This document shows positions 52,122 to 61,769 of a stretch of DNA of 64,000 nt, piece after piece. Every line of letters starts with the position of its first letter. Position 1 is the first letter of the stretch. The stretch lies in contig OZ244038.1 in assembly GCA_965215145.1 (NCBI GenBank), forward strand, positions 956,579-1,020,578, in the 5' to 3' direction. A model generated the notes under the pieces. It saw nothing but the letters and a program-made list of their open reading frames with translations. It was not told the origin of the DNA and made no database searches. The translations under genes were made by a program, and so were the position numbers. This DNA is from Rhodothermales bacterium (GTDB taxonomy: Bacteria > Bacteroidota > Rhodothermia > Rhodothermales > JANQRZ01).

Positions 52122-54275
52122 ATGGAGCCCGCCCCCCCGCCCCCCGCCGCTACACCGCTGTTCGACCGCGAGCTGAGCTGGGTCGCCTTCAACGGCCGCG
52201 TCCTCCAGGAGGCCGCCGACGAGCGCGTCCCGCTGGCCGAGCGGCTCCACTTCCTCGCCATCTTCTCGACCAACCTCGACGAGTTCTTCCGCGTCCGCGT
52301 CGCGGCGCTGCGCGCGCTCGGGCGGCTGAAGAAGCGGGACCGCCGGGCGCTCGGGTTCAGCCCGCGGAAGCTGCTCCGCGAGATCCACCGGCGCGTGGGG
52401 CGCCAGCAGGAGGCCTTCGGCGCACTCTTCGCCCACCGTCTCGTCCCCGCCCTCGCCGAGCGCGGCGTCGCCCTCCGCGACGAGCGCGACCCCACCGAGG
52501 CCGAGGCCGCCTTCCTCCGGGAGGCCTTCCGGGAGCGCGTCGCCGAGCACGTCCGGCCCGTCCCGCTCGGCCCCGATGACGAGGCGCCGTTCCTCGGCAA
52601 CGGCGCGCTCTACCTCGCCGTCGAGCTGTGGCCGCGCGAGGGGCCGGGCCGCCCGGCCTTCGCCGACGAGCCGCAGCACGCCCTCGTCCAGATCCCGAGC
52701 GGCGCCGTCCCACGCTTCCTCACGATGGACGCCGAGGGGCCGGACGGCACCCCCCGGCGGACGGTGTTCTTCCTCGACGACGTCGTCCGGTTCAACCTCC
52801 CCGAGCTCTTCCCGGGCCGCGAGGTCGGCGGGGGCTACGCCGTCAAGCTCACCCGCGACGCCGACCTCCGGGTCGAGGACGAGTTCGCGGGCGATCTCGT
52901 CGAGCAGATCCGGGCCGGGCTCGAACGGCGTGCCAGTGGCGTCCCGAGCCGGTTCCTCTACGACCCCCGCATCCCCCATACCCTCCTCGTCCTCCTCAAG
53001 GACCGCCTCGGCCTCGCCGATGACGACCTCTTCGCGGGCGGGCGCTACCACAACTTCGGCGACCTCTGGGGCTTCCCAGCCCCTGAGGCCCCCGCGCTCC
53101 ACGCCGAGCCGCTACCGCCGCTGCCCCACCCCGAACTCGCCGCGGCGCCCTCGGTCCGCGCCGCCGTGGCCGGGCGCGACCGGCTCCTCCACACGCCCTA
53201 CCAGCGGTTCGACCCGGTGATCCGGTTTCTGGAGGAGGCCGCCGCCGACCCCGCCGTGGAAGACGTCCATGCCACGCTGTACCGCGTCGCGCGGGGCTCC
53301 CGCGTGGTGCGGGCGCTCGCGGCGGCGGCCGAGGCGGGCAAGCGCGTCACGGCCTTCGTCGAGGTGAAGGCCCGGTTCGACGAGGCGAACAACCTCGCGC
53401 AGGCGGCCGAGATGGAGGCGGCCGGCGTCCGCGTCCGCTACAGCATGCCCGGCCTGAAGGTCCACGCCAAGCTGCTCCTCGTCGGCCGCCGCGAAGGAGA
53501 GGGCCTGCGCGACTACGCCATCCTCTCGACCGGCAACTTCAACGAGCAGACGGCCCGCGTCTACGGGGACTACAGCCTCTTCACGGCGGACTCCCGGCTC
53601 ACGGCCGAGGTCCGCCGCGTCGTCGAGATCCTGACCGAGGGGGACCCCCTGGCGATGCAGGAGGCCGGTGAGGTGCCCGGCTTCGAGCACCTCCTCGTGG
53701 CGCCGTTCGCGCTCCGCTCCGGGTTCGAGGCCCTCGTCGCGCGGGAGGTCGCCCACGCCGAGGCGGGCCGGGCGGCGGGGCTGCTGCTGAAGATGAACGC
53801 GCTCGAGGACGAGGGGATGATCCGCCGGCTCTACGCGGCGTCCGAAGCCGGCGTCCCGGTCCGGCTCCTCGTCCGGGGCATCTGCTGCCTCGTGCCCGAC
53901 GTGCCCGGCTGGAGCAAGAACGTCCTGGCCCGCTCCATCGTGGACCGGTTCCTCGAGCACGCCCGCGCCTACCGCTTCGAGAACGACGGTGAGCCCGCGC
54001 TCTACCTCGCCTCGGCGGACTGGATGAAGCGCAACCTCGACCGCCGCATCGAGGTCGCCTTCCCCATCTACGACGCCGACCTCCGCGCCCAGATCGAGGC
54101 CGACCTCGGGCGGCAGTGGGCTGACGACACGAAGGCCCGCGTGCTCGACGCCCGGCAGCAGAACGCCTACCACCGCCCGCCCCGCCCGCAGCACGTCCGC
54201 GCGCAGGTCGCCACGTACCGGGCGCTGGAGGAGCGGGCTGCCGCAGCCAGCGAAGAGCAGACCCAGGCGGCCTGA
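52122..54275 (+). CDS. ppk1: Polyphosphate kinase 1
   Basis: LFDRELSWVAFNGRVLQEAADERVPLAERLHFLAIFSTNLDEFFRVRVAAL is the canonical PPK1 N-terminus. Two PLD-like HKD regions follow (VHAKLLLV...). The start at MEPAPP is preferred over the ORF-track start at 51996. Confidence 0.95.
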   Translation: MEPAPPPPAATPLFDRELSWVAFNGRVLQEAADERVPLAERLHFLAIFSTNLDEFFRVRVAALRALGRLKKRDRRALGFSPRKLLREIHRRVGRQQEAFGALFAHRLVPALAERGVALRDERDPTEAEAAFLREAFRERVAEHVRPVPLGPDDEAPFLGNGALYLAVELWPREGPGRPAFADEPQHALVQIPSGAVPRFLTMDAEGPDGTPRRTVFFLDDVVRFNLPELFPGREVGGGYAVKLTRDADLRVEDEFAGDLVEQIRAGLERRASGVPSRFLYDPRIPHTLLVLLKDRLGLADDDLFAGGRYHNFGDLWGFPAPEAPALHAEPLPPLPHPELAAAPSVRAAVAGRDRLLHTPYQRFDPVIRFLEEAAADPAVEDVHATLYRVARGSRVVRALAAAAEAGKRVTAFVEVKARFDEANNLAQAAEMEAAGVRVRYSMPGLKVHAKLLLVGRREGEGLRDYAILSTGNFNEQTARVYGDYSLFTADSRLTAEVRRVVEILTEGDPLAMQEAGEVPGFEHLLVAPFALRSGFEALVAREVAHAEAGRAAGLLLKMNALEDEGMIRRLYAASEAGVPVRLLVRGICCLVPDVPGWSKNVLARSIVDRFLEHARAYRFENDGEPALYLASADWMKRNLDRRIEVAFPIYDADLRAQIEADLGRQWADDTKARVLDARQQNAYHRPPRPQHVRAQVATYRALEERAAAASEEQTQAA

Positions 54276-54295
54276 CTGGCGCCCGGCCCGCCGCT

Positions 54296-55630
54296 TCAGC
54301 GCACGAGCGTCACCGTCCGGCTCACCGTGGCAGCCTCGCCCCGCACCCGCAGGAGGTAGACCCCGGCCGGCAGCCCCGACGCGTCGAGCCCGACATCGAG
54401 CGGCTGCCCGATCGCGACGGGGCCGTCGTAGAGCACGGCGACCGAGCGCCCGAGCACGTCGAACAGCGCGGCCTGCACGCGCTGCGCCTGCCCGACGGTG
54501 AGCGCCGCCCGGAGCCGGTCCGCGAACGGGTTCGGCCAGACCGCCAGCGCCGCGGCCGTCTCCGGCCCGCTCGCCGCCGAGGTCGGGAGGAGGTCCGTGG
54601 CCCGGAGGATCTCGTCGGCCCCGCCGAACCGGTCGGAGTTGAGGAGGAAGAGGTCCTGCTCGATCGTGTCGAGGATGATGTTGTTCGGGCTGCCGGGGAC
54701 GGTGTAGCCGGGGGAGCTCACGTCGGGGTCGGCCGCGATCTCGGCCTCCGTGGCGAAGAGGTCGCCCTCGCCGTCGAGGGTGTAGCGGGCGATCTGCTCG
54801 CCCTCGGGCTCGTTGAACGAGTTGTTCAGGACGAACATCAGCTGCTGCCCCCCCACCGGCCCGACCTCGATGTCGGTGAGGTTCTGCTGCTCCCCGACGA
54901 AGACCTCGGAGGGGTCGGCGAAGACGCCGAGCGTGGGGCTGCCGGCGGGGTCGGTGATCTCGACGACCACGTTCTGGTAGTCCTCCTCCCCGAACCCGTC
55001 CGAGAGCGAGTAGAGGTTGCCCGCGAGGTCGGCGGCGAGGTCGCGGAGGCTGAGGTCGGGGTCGGTCAGGACCGGCTCGACGGCGGCCGCCTTGCCGGAC
55101 TCGTCGAGGACGTAGACCCCGTCCTCGGGCGCGCCGAAAAACTCCTTCCTCGCGAGGTAGATCCGCCCGTCGGCGGGGGAGATCACCAGCCCGGTAGTGC
55201 CGTCGGCCTCGCCGGTCACGGGGCTCGTCAGGAGCTCGAGACCCTTGTCGCCGAGGAGGACGAGGAAGTCCACGTTGGCGTCGCCGTTGGCGAAGGCGAA
55301 GACCGAGGAGCGCGCGCCGACAGGCTCGGTGGTGGCGGCGCGGCAGCGGTCCACGTCCACGCCCGCGAGCGAGTCCAGCTCGGCGGCCGTCGCGGCGACG
55401 ACGACCTGCTCGCCGGGGGGCAGCTCGTCGTTGTAGACCAGCAGCTCCTCGGTCGGGAAGTTGAACCAGATGAAGGCGCCGTCGGCCCCGGTGGCGCAGC
55501 CGAAGTCCACCTCGATGGCGCCGTCGGCGGTGAGCACGTCCGTGGGGACGTAGGTCGTGAAGTCCTGGGCCTGGGCTCCGGTGGCGGCCAGGAGCGCGAG
55601 GAGGGCGGCGATGCGTAGCGAGGGGCGCAT
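54296..55630 (-). CDS. Secreted hypothetical protein with a T9SS C-terminal sorting domain
   Basis: Signal peptide MRPSLRIAALLALLAATGAQAQ. The C-terminus reads AVWPNPFADRLRAALTVGQAQRVQAALFDVLGRSVAVLYDG...GVYLLRVRGEAATVSRTVTLVR. Confidence 0.8.
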   Translation of the reverse strand: MRPSLRIAALLALLAATGAQAQDFTTYVPTDVLTADGAIEVDFGCATGADGAFIWFNFPTEELLVYNDELPPGEQVVVAATAAELDSLAGVDVDRCRAATTEPVGARSSVFAFANGDANVDFLVLLGDKGLELLTSPVTGEADGTTGLVISPADGRIYLARKEFFGAPEDGVYVLDESGKAAAVEPVLTDPDLSLRDLAADLAGNLYSLSDGFGEEDYQNVVVEITDPAGSPTLGVFADPSEVFVGEQQNLTDIEVGPVGGQQLMFVLNNSFNEPEGEQIARYTLDGEGDLFATEAEIAADPDVSSPGYTVPGSPNNIILDTIEQDLFLLNSDRFGGADEILRATDLLPTSAASGPETAAALAVWPNPFADRLRAALTVGQAQRVQAALFDVLGRSVAVLYDGPVAIGQPLDVGLDASGLPAGVYLLRVRGEAATVSRTVTLVR

Positions 55631-55756
55631 GGGCGAAGGGGGATAGAGGAGAGGGGGACAGACAGGGGTTAGAAGGTACCACAGTATCCGCGCTCTGCCA
55701 GCCACCATAACCGCAGCACGGATAGCGCTGCGCCGTTGGTCCCCAGTCGAGCACTC

Positions 55757-55777
55757 TTACGCAATACGCACCACGCA
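55757..55777. repeat. Third copy of the ACGCA/TGCGT heptad element
   Basis: TTACGCA-ATACGCA-CCACGCA matches the reverse complement of 46764..46784 at 19 of 21 positions. It lies 8 nt beyond the gdhA stop. Confidence 0.85.
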
Positions 55778-55784
55778 ATAGACC

Positions 55785-57155
55785 TCACATCACCCCGTAG
55801 GCGAGCATCGCGTCGGCCACCTTCACGAACCCGCCGACGTTGGCGCCCCGGACGTAGTTGACGGCGCCGTTCCCCGAGCCGTCCTCGGTGCCGTAGCGGA
55901 CGCAGGTGGCGTGGATGTCGGCCATGATCCTCTGGAGCCGCTCGTCCACCTCGTCGCGGGTCCACGAGAGCCGGAGCGCGTTCTGGCTCATCTCCAGGCC
56001 GCTCGTCGCCACGCCGCCGGCGTTGGCGGCCTTGCCGGGGCCGTAGAGGATGCCGGCCTGCTCGAACCGGTGCGCGGCGTCCGCCGTGCTCGGCATATTG
56101 GCGCCCTCGCTGACGACGGTGCAGCCGTTCTCCAGAAGCGTCTTCGCGTCGGCGTCGTCGAGCTCGTTCTGCGTGGCCGAGGGGAAGGCCGCGTCGCAGG
56201 GGACGCCCCACGGCGCCGCGCCCGCACGGAAGTCGAGCCCCTGCTGCTCGGCGAAGTCGGCGAGCGCGCCGCGGACCTCGTTCTTGTGATGCATAACGGC
56301 TTGCAGCTGCTCCTCGGAGAGACCGTCGGGGAAGTGGGCCGTGCCGCTGCGGTCGGAGAGGGTGAGGACCGCGGCGCCGAGGGCGAGCAGCTTCTCGGCC
56401 GTGTACTGCGCGACGTTCCCCGCGCCGGAGACGACGCAGCGCTTGCTCTTCAGGCCGTCGCCGCGGTGGGCGAGCATGGCCTCGGCGAAGTAGACGCTGC
56501 CGTAGCCCGTGGCCTCGGGGCGGATGAGGCTGCCGCCCCAGCCGATGCCCTTCCCGGTGATGGCGCCGGTGAACGCGTTGCGCAGCCGCTTGTACTGCCC
56601 GAACAGGTACCCGATCTCGCGGGCGCCGACGCCGATGTCGCCGGCCGGCACGTCGGTGTCCTCGCCGATGTGGCGCTCGAGCTCGGTCATGAACGCCTGG
56701 CAGAACCGCATCACCTCGGCGTCCGTCTTCCCCTTCGGGTCGAAGTCGGAGCCGCCCTTGCCGCCGCCCATGGGGAGCGTCGTGAGGCTGTTCTTGAAGA
56801 CCTGCTCGAAGGCGAGGAACTTGAGGACCGAGAGCGTCACCGAGGGGTCGAACCGGAGGCCGCCCTTGTACGGCCCGAGCGCGTTGTTCTGCTGGATCCG
56901 GTAGCCGCGGTTGACCCGGACGCTCCCGGCGTCGTCCTCCCACGTCACCCGGAACGTCAGCACCCGGTCCGGCTCGGCGATCCGCTCGAGGATGCGGGCC
57001 TCCTCGTACTCGGGGTAGGCGTTGATGAAGGGGACGACCTTTTCGGCGACCTCGCGGACGGCCTGGAGGTACTCCGGCTCGTGCGGGTTCCGCCGCTCGA
57101 CGGTCTCCATAAACGACGACAGCTCCATCGGGGGTTGGGGTTGGGTGAGGGGCAC
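55785..57155 (-). CDS. gdhA: NADP-specific glutamate dehydrogenase
   Basis: GYRIQQNNALGPYKGGLRFDPSVTLSVLKFLAFEQVFKNSLTTLPMGGGKGGSDFDPKGK is the canonical GDH active-site region. The start may instead be the internal MELSSF. Confidence 0.95.
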   Translation of the reverse strand: MPLTQPQPPMELSSFMETVERRNPHEPEYLQAVREVAEKVVPFINAYPEYEEARILERIAEPDRVLTFRVTWEDDAGSVRVNRGYRIQQNNALGPYKGGLRFDPSVTLSVLKFLAFEQVFKNSLTTLPMGGGKGGSDFDPKGKTDAEVMRFCQAFMTELERHIGEDTDVPAGDIGVGAREIGYLFGQYKRLRNAFTGAITGKGIGWGGSLIRPEATGYGSVYFAEAMLAHRGDGLKSKRCVVSGAGNVAQYTAEKLLALGAAVLTLSDRSGTAHFPDGLSEEQLQAVMHHKNEVRGALADFAEQQGLDFRAGAAPWGVPCDAAFPSATQNELDDADAKTLLENGCTVVSEGANMPSTADAAHRFEQAGILYGPGKAANAGGVATSGLEMSQNALRLSWTRDEVDERLQRIMADIHATCVRYGTEDGSGNGAVNYVRGANVGGFVKVADAMLAYGVM

Positions 57156-57205
57156 CTCAGCATTCCGCTCTGGCGCCGTCGGGGGGAAGGGGGAGCCCGT
57201 GGCGG

Positions 57206-57397
57206 TCAGGGCGTGAGCTCGGGGTAGGCGACGTAGCCGACGACGAGTAGCAGCGCGAACAGCACGACGAACGAGACGACGATGAACACGAGGTAGATCG
57301 CGGTCATCCGGTCGTCCGGCGGGTCGTGCGGGTGGATGCTGTAGTGCTCCGCGCCGGAGTGGGGCGGGCGGTGCGAGGGAGGCGTCGGGGTGGCCAT
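57206..57397 (-). CDS. Small hypothetical membrane protein (63 aa)
   Basis: The C-terminal TM segment reads AIYLVFIVVSFVVLFALLLVVGYVA. The gene lies immediately upstream of gdhA on the same strand. Confidence 0.4.
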   Translation of the reverse strand: MATPTPPSHRPPHSGAEHYSIHPHDPPDDRMTAIYLVFIVVSFVVLFALLLVVGYVAYPELTP

Positions 57398-57479
57398 CGG
57401 GGTCGGGGAGGCTGGGGGGCGGCGGGGAAGATCGGCAGCGGCGGGGAATGCGGCGGGCCCTGCGCGGGTTCTTCAGCGT

Positions 57480-58136
57480 TCAGTCGGCCGCGGCCCCCGC
57501 GGGCGGGTGCCGCTCGCCGGCGCGGACGGGCACGGGGACCCGGTTCTCCGGCGGCGGCACGGGGCAGGAGTAGCGCGGGTCGTAGGCGCAGTACGGGCTG
57601 AAGGCGTAGTTGAAGTCGAGCACGTAGGCGCCGTCGGGGGAGCTCGCGCTCAGGGGGATCTCGAAGTAGCGCCCTCCGCCGTAGGTCGCCCGCCCGTTCG
57701 TGGGGTCGGTGAAGGGGATGAACAGGACGCGCTCGCCGGGGTCCACCGAGAGGAACACCGTCAGCCGCCGCGGCGCCCCGCCGACGGGGACGGTGAAGTG
57801 CCCGAGCCGGAGGTAGCCGCGGACCTCGCCCGTCGTCGTCGTCAGCCGGAGGGTGTCGGCGGCGAGGACGGGCTCGAGCGCGACGGGGAACGCGAGCGCC
57901 GGGTCGTAGGGGAAGTAGCCGAGCCCGTCGAAGCCGGCGCGTTGGTCCGGGAGGAGGGGGGAGGCCGGCGAGCGGAACAGGCTGTCGCGGCCGGCCCGCC
58001 ACGCCTCCCACGCCGCCGCGCGCTCGGCCGCCGGGGCGAGGGCGTCCGCCGGCGCCGCGCCGCCGCACCCCCCGGCGGTCAGCAGGACGGCTCCGGCGCC
58101 GACGAGGAGGGCGAAAAAGCTGCGGGATGCGAGCAT
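57480..58136 (-). CDS. DUF1684 domain lipoprotein
   Basis: Lipobox LLTAGGC. The motif reads IPFTDPTNGRATYGGGRYFEI...LDFNYAFSPYCAYDPRYSCPVPPPENRVPVPVRAGE. Confidence 0.8.
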   Translation of the reverse strand: MLASRSFFALLVGAGAVLLTAGGCGGAAPADALAPAAERAAAWEAWRAGRDSLFRSPASPLLPDQRAGFDGLGYFPYDPALAFPVALEPVLAADTLRLTTTTGEVRGYLRLGHFTVPVGGAPRRLTVFLSVDPGERVLFIPFTDPTNGRATYGGGRYFEIPLSASSPDGAYVLDFNYAFSPYCAYDPRYSCPVPPPENRVPVPVRAGERHPPAGAAAD

Positions 58137-58260
58137 CGTGTAAAGACGGCTGCGGGAAGATAGGGGCGCCCCCGATGCACCCGGATCGGGGTTGGATTCG
58201 GCCTGCGTACGGACTTATATACCGGGCTCGCTGCACGGCCCTCCCCGCCACCCCGCCCCC

Positions 58261-59754
58261 ATGCGCGCCTCCCGCATCCTACTCGCCCTCGTCCTCTGCC
58301 TGATCCCAGCGTTGACGCTGGGATGGGCCGCCCCCGCCGCGGCGCAGACGGGGGTCTTCCTCGAAGACGCCTTCCCCAACCTCACCTTCGACCAGCCCGT
58401 CGACCTCGAGTACGCGCCCGACGGCTCCGAGTGGTTCTTCGTCGTCGAGCAGCCCGGCCTGATCCGCGTCTTCGAGCGCGACGCCGACGTGACGAGCGCC
58501 CCCACGTTCCTCGACATCGAGGACCGCGTCAGCTCCGGCGGCGAGCGCGGCCTGCTCGGGCTGGCCTTCCACCCGGACTACGAGACGAACGGCTACCTCT
58601 ACGTCAACTACACCGCCTCGGAGGACGGGCTCCGCACGCGGATCTCGCGGTTCACCAGCGACCTCGCCACCGGCGGCCCGCCCGCGGCCGACCCCGCGAG
58701 CGAGTCCATCCTGATGGAGTACACCCAGCCCTTCGGCAACCACAACGGCGGCGACGTCGCCTTCGGGCCCGACGGCACCCTCTACATCGCCAGCGGCGAC
58801 GGCGGCTCCGCCAACGACCCCGGCGACCGCGGCCAGGACGAGGGGACCCTCCTCGGCAAGATCCTCCGCATCGACGTGGGCGACGGCGGCACCGCCCCGG
58901 ACTGCGGCCTCGTCGGGAACTACACCGTCCCGGACAACGCCTTCGCCGACGGCGCCGGCGGCGCCTGCGACGAGATCTTCGCCATCGGCCTCCGCAACCC
59001 CTGGCGGTTCTCGTTCGACCGCGCGGCCGGCGCCCTCTGGGCCGGCGACGTCGGCCAGAACGAGTTCGAGGAGGTCGATATCATCGCCAACGGCGACAAC
59101 ATGGGCTGGGACGTGAAGGAGGGGTTCTCCTGCTTCGACCCCGACCCCGACGAGCCCGCCTGCTCGGACCCGGTCCTCGTCGAGCCCGTCGTCGTCTACG
59201 ACCATTCCGGCGGCAACTGCTCCATCACCGGCGGCTTCGTCTACCGCGGCGAGCGCGTCGAGGACCTCGCCGGGCGGTACGTTTACGCCGATTACTGCTC
59301 GGGCCGCATCTGGTCGCTCGACGCGGAGGACCCCGACGAGCCGGACGACGAGCTCGTCCTCGACACGGACTTCCTCATCGTCGGCTTCGGGGAGGACCCC
59401 GCGGGCGAGCTCTACGTGCTCAGCTCCGACGGCAAGGTCCGCCGCTTCGCCGACACCACCTCCGGCACCGAGCCCCCGGCGCCGGGCGCCCCCGCGCTGC
59501 TGGCAACCGACGGCCCCAACCCGTTCCGTGCGCGGACCGCCTTCCGCATCGGCGCCGATGCGGGCGTCCCCGTCCGCCTCGCCGCCTACGACGTGCTCGG
59601 GCGCGAGGTGGCCGTGCTCCTCGACGGCCCCGCGCCGGGCGTGTCGGCGTCCGTGCCCTTCGAGGGCGCGGTGTTGGCCGCAGGCGTCTACGTCGTCCGC
59701 CTCACCCTGGACGGCGAGCCTGCGGGGGAAGTTCGGGTGGTGAGGGTGCGGTGA
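58261..59754 (+). CDS. PQQ-dependent sugar (glucose/sorbosone) dehydrogenase-like beta-propeller with a T9SS C-terminal sorting domain
   Basis: ERGLLGLAFHPDY...NGYLYVNYT...HNGGDVAFGPDGTLYIASGDGG...GLRNPWRFSFD... The C-terminus reads GPNPFRARTAFRIGADAGVPVRLAAYDVLGREVAVLLDG...GVYVVRLTLDGEPAGEVRVVRVR. Confidence 0.85.
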   Translation: MRASRILLALVLCLIPALTLGWAAPAAAQTGVFLEDAFPNLTFDQPVDLEYAPDGSEWFFVVEQPGLIRVFERDADVTSAPTFLDIEDRVSSGGERGLLGLAFHPDYETNGYLYVNYTASEDGLRTRISRFTSDLATGGPPAADPASESILMEYTQPFGNHNGGDVAFGPDGTLYIASGDGGSANDPGDRGQDEGTLLGKILRIDVGDGGTAPDCGLVGNYTVPDNAFADGAGGACDEIFAIGLRNPWRFSFDRAAGALWAGDVGQNEFEEVDIIANGDNMGWDVKEGFSCFDPDPDEPACSDPVLVEPVVVYDHSGGNCSITGGFVYRGERVEDLAGRYVYADYCSGRIWSLDAEDPDEPDDELVLDTDFLIVGFGEDPAGELYVLSSDGKVRRFADTTSGTEPPAPGAPALLATDGPNPFRARTAFRIGADAGVPVRLAAYDVLGREVAVLLDGPAPGVSASVPFEGAVLAAGVYVVRLTLDGEPAGEVRVVRVR

Positions 59755-59816
59755 ATCCACGAGCCTGCCGGGATGTGTAGAGTATATTCGAGCCCCTCTG
59801 ACGCCCCCACCGCCCT

Positions 59817-61298
59817 ATGCGCATTATGCCTCTCCAGCCCCCGCTTCTCCTCGCCCTCGCCCTTCTGCTCCCCCTCGCGCCCGCCGTGGCGCAGGAGACG
59901 GAGGTCGTGCTGGAGGAGGCGTTCCCGAGTCTACCAACCCTCGTCAGGCCCGTCGCGCTGGAGGCCGCGCCCGACGGCTCCGGCCGGCTCTTCGTGGTCG
60001 AGCAGGACGGCCGCATCCGCTCCTTCGCTAACGCCGCCGCCGAGGAGGCGCCCGTCTTCCTCGACCTCACCGAGCGCGTCAACACGGAGCCGAGTTGGGA
60101 GGAGGGGCTGCTGGGGCTGGCGTTCCACCCGGACTACGCCGAGAACGGTCACGTCTTCGTGCACTACACGGCGTTCCCGCGGGAGGGGGAGCAGGCGCAC
60201 CGGACGATCATCGCACGGTTCACCCGATCCGGCGACGACCCCCTCACGGCGGACCCCGACAGCGAGCTCGTCCTCCTCGACATCGAGCAGCCCGCCGCCA
60301 CCCACAACGGGGGGCAGCTCGCCTTCGGCGCCGACGGGATGCTCTACCTCTCGCTCGGCGACGGCGGCGGCGGCGGGCTGGACGTCTTCGAGAACGGACA
60401 GGATCGGACGACGCTGCTGGGCTCGATCCTCCGGCTCGACGTGGACAGCCCGGCCGGCGGCCGGAACTACAGCATCCCGGCGGGCAACCCCTTTGTGGGC
60501 AACGCGGAGGGGTGGCGCGAGGAGATCTGGGCCTACGGCCTGCGCAACCCCTGGCGCTTCTCGATCGACCCGGCGACGGGCTGGCTCTGGATCGGCGACG
60601 TGGGGGCGGGTACCCAGGAGGAGGTGAGCGTAGCGCAGGAGGGGGGCGTCAACTTCGGCTGGGACGTGAAGGAGGGGAACCACTGCTGGGGACCCGACCC
60701 CGAGACGGAGCCGGACTGCGACAGCCCCGTGCTCACAGACCCCGTCTGGGACTATTGGCAGTCTGGCGGCAACGCGATCACGGGCGGCTACGTCTACCGC
60801 GGCTCCGCCGTCCCCAGCCTCGTCGGGAAGTACGTCTACGGCGACTTCATCAGCGGCCGGGTCTGGGCGCTCACCTACGAGGAGGGGGAGGAGACCGAAA
60901 ACGAGGAGCTGCTCCAGCAGGCGCTCGTCGCGGCCTTCGGCGTGGACGCCGACGAGGAGCTCCACGTGCTCTCCTTCGACGGCCGGATCTACCGGCTCGC
61001 CGAGCGCGTCGTGAGTGATGAGGATGTCGCGCCGCCCGCCCCCACCGCGCTCCGCCTCGCCGGCCCGAACCCGTTCCGTAGTGGGACGCGCCTCGCGCTC
61101 GACGCCCCAGCCGGGGCGGAAGTCGAGCTCATGGTGTTTGACACGCTCGGCCGCGAGGTCGCCGTGCTCTACGAGGGGACGGGGGCTCCTGCGACCGTCG
61201 CGCTCGACGGCTCGGCGCTGGCGCCGGGGCTCTACGTCGTCCGCCTCCTCCTCGACGGCGAGCCGGCCGGCACGCGCCGCGTCGTCCGCCTGCGCTGA
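59817..61298 (+). CDS. PQQ-dependent sugar dehydrogenase-like protein with a T9SS C-terminal sorting domain (tandem paralog)
   Basis: EEGLLGLAFHPDYAENGHVFVHYT...HNGGQLAFGADGMLYLSLGDGG...GLRNPWRFSID... The C-terminus reads GPNPFRSGTRLALDAPAGAEVELMVFDTLGREVAVLYEG...GLYVVRLLLDGEPAGTRRVVRLR. Confidence 0.85.
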   Translation: MRIMPLQPPLLLALALLLPLAPAVAQETEVVLEEAFPSLPTLVRPVALEAAPDGSGRLFVVEQDGRIRSFANAAAEEAPVFLDLTERVNTEPSWEEGLLGLAFHPDYAENGHVFVHYTAFPREGEQAHRTIIARFTRSGDDPLTADPDSELVLLDIEQPAATHNGGQLAFGADGMLYLSLGDGGGGGLDVFENGQDRTTLLGSILRLDVDSPAGGRNYSIPAGNPFVGNAEGWREEIWAYGLRNPWRFSIDPATGWLWIGDVGAGTQEEVSVAQEGGVNFGWDVKEGNHCWGPDPETEPDCDSPVLTDPVWDYWQSGGNAITGGYVYRGSAVPSLVGKYVYGDFISGRVWALTYEEGEETENEELLQQALVAAFGVDADEELHVLSFDGRIYRLAERVVSDEDVAPPAPTALRLAGPNPFRSGTRLALDAPAGAEVELMVFDTLGREVAVLYEGTGAPATVALDGSALAPGLYVVRLLLDGEPAGTRRVVRLR

Positions 61299-61309
61299 AC
61301 CGCTCCCCC

Positions 61310-61690
61310 GTGAATCCCGTGTCGGCAGCCCCCCCACGCTACAGCAAGCCCGACGTGCCCGGCGTCGCGATGAACTTCGACAACACCGTCTCGGTGTACC
61401 ACCTCGTCGGGCCGGAGGACACGTTCGAGCGGGCGGCGGCCGACGTCGTGGCGCTCCTCGGCGAGGCCGAGCGGCGCTTCCCCGGCTGGCCCCGCACGTT
61501 CTACCTCGACCTCGCCGGGCACACCGACGCCGAGGGGCGGCTGGACGAGGACTTCGTCGAGTTCCAGCAGGAGTTCCTGTTCTCCGTCGTCGGCCCGTTC
61601 GTGACGGCGATGGAGACGCCGCTGACGGGCGGCGTCGTCAACCCCGACCCCCAGCGCAACGACGTGCCCGACGCCCTCCGCATCGGGTAG
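61310..61690 (+). CDS. Hypothetical protein
   Basis: An ORF with good GC3 bias. The start is either the GTG at 61310 or the ATG at 61370 (MNFDNTVSVYHLVG..). No recognisable domain. Confidence 0.45.
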   Translation: MNPVSAAPPRYSKPDVPGVAMNFDNTVSVYHLVGPEDTFERAAADVVALLGEAERRFPGWPRTFYLDLAGHTDAEGRLDEDFVEFQQEFLFSVVGPFVTAMETPLTGGVVNPDPQRNDVPDALRIG

Positions 61691-61769
61691 TCCCAATCGG
61701 GTAGCGGGGGAGATGGAGTGGCGCTGCGGGGTCGGGTATTTTGCGCCGCCACTAGCTGCGCTGCCGCCC

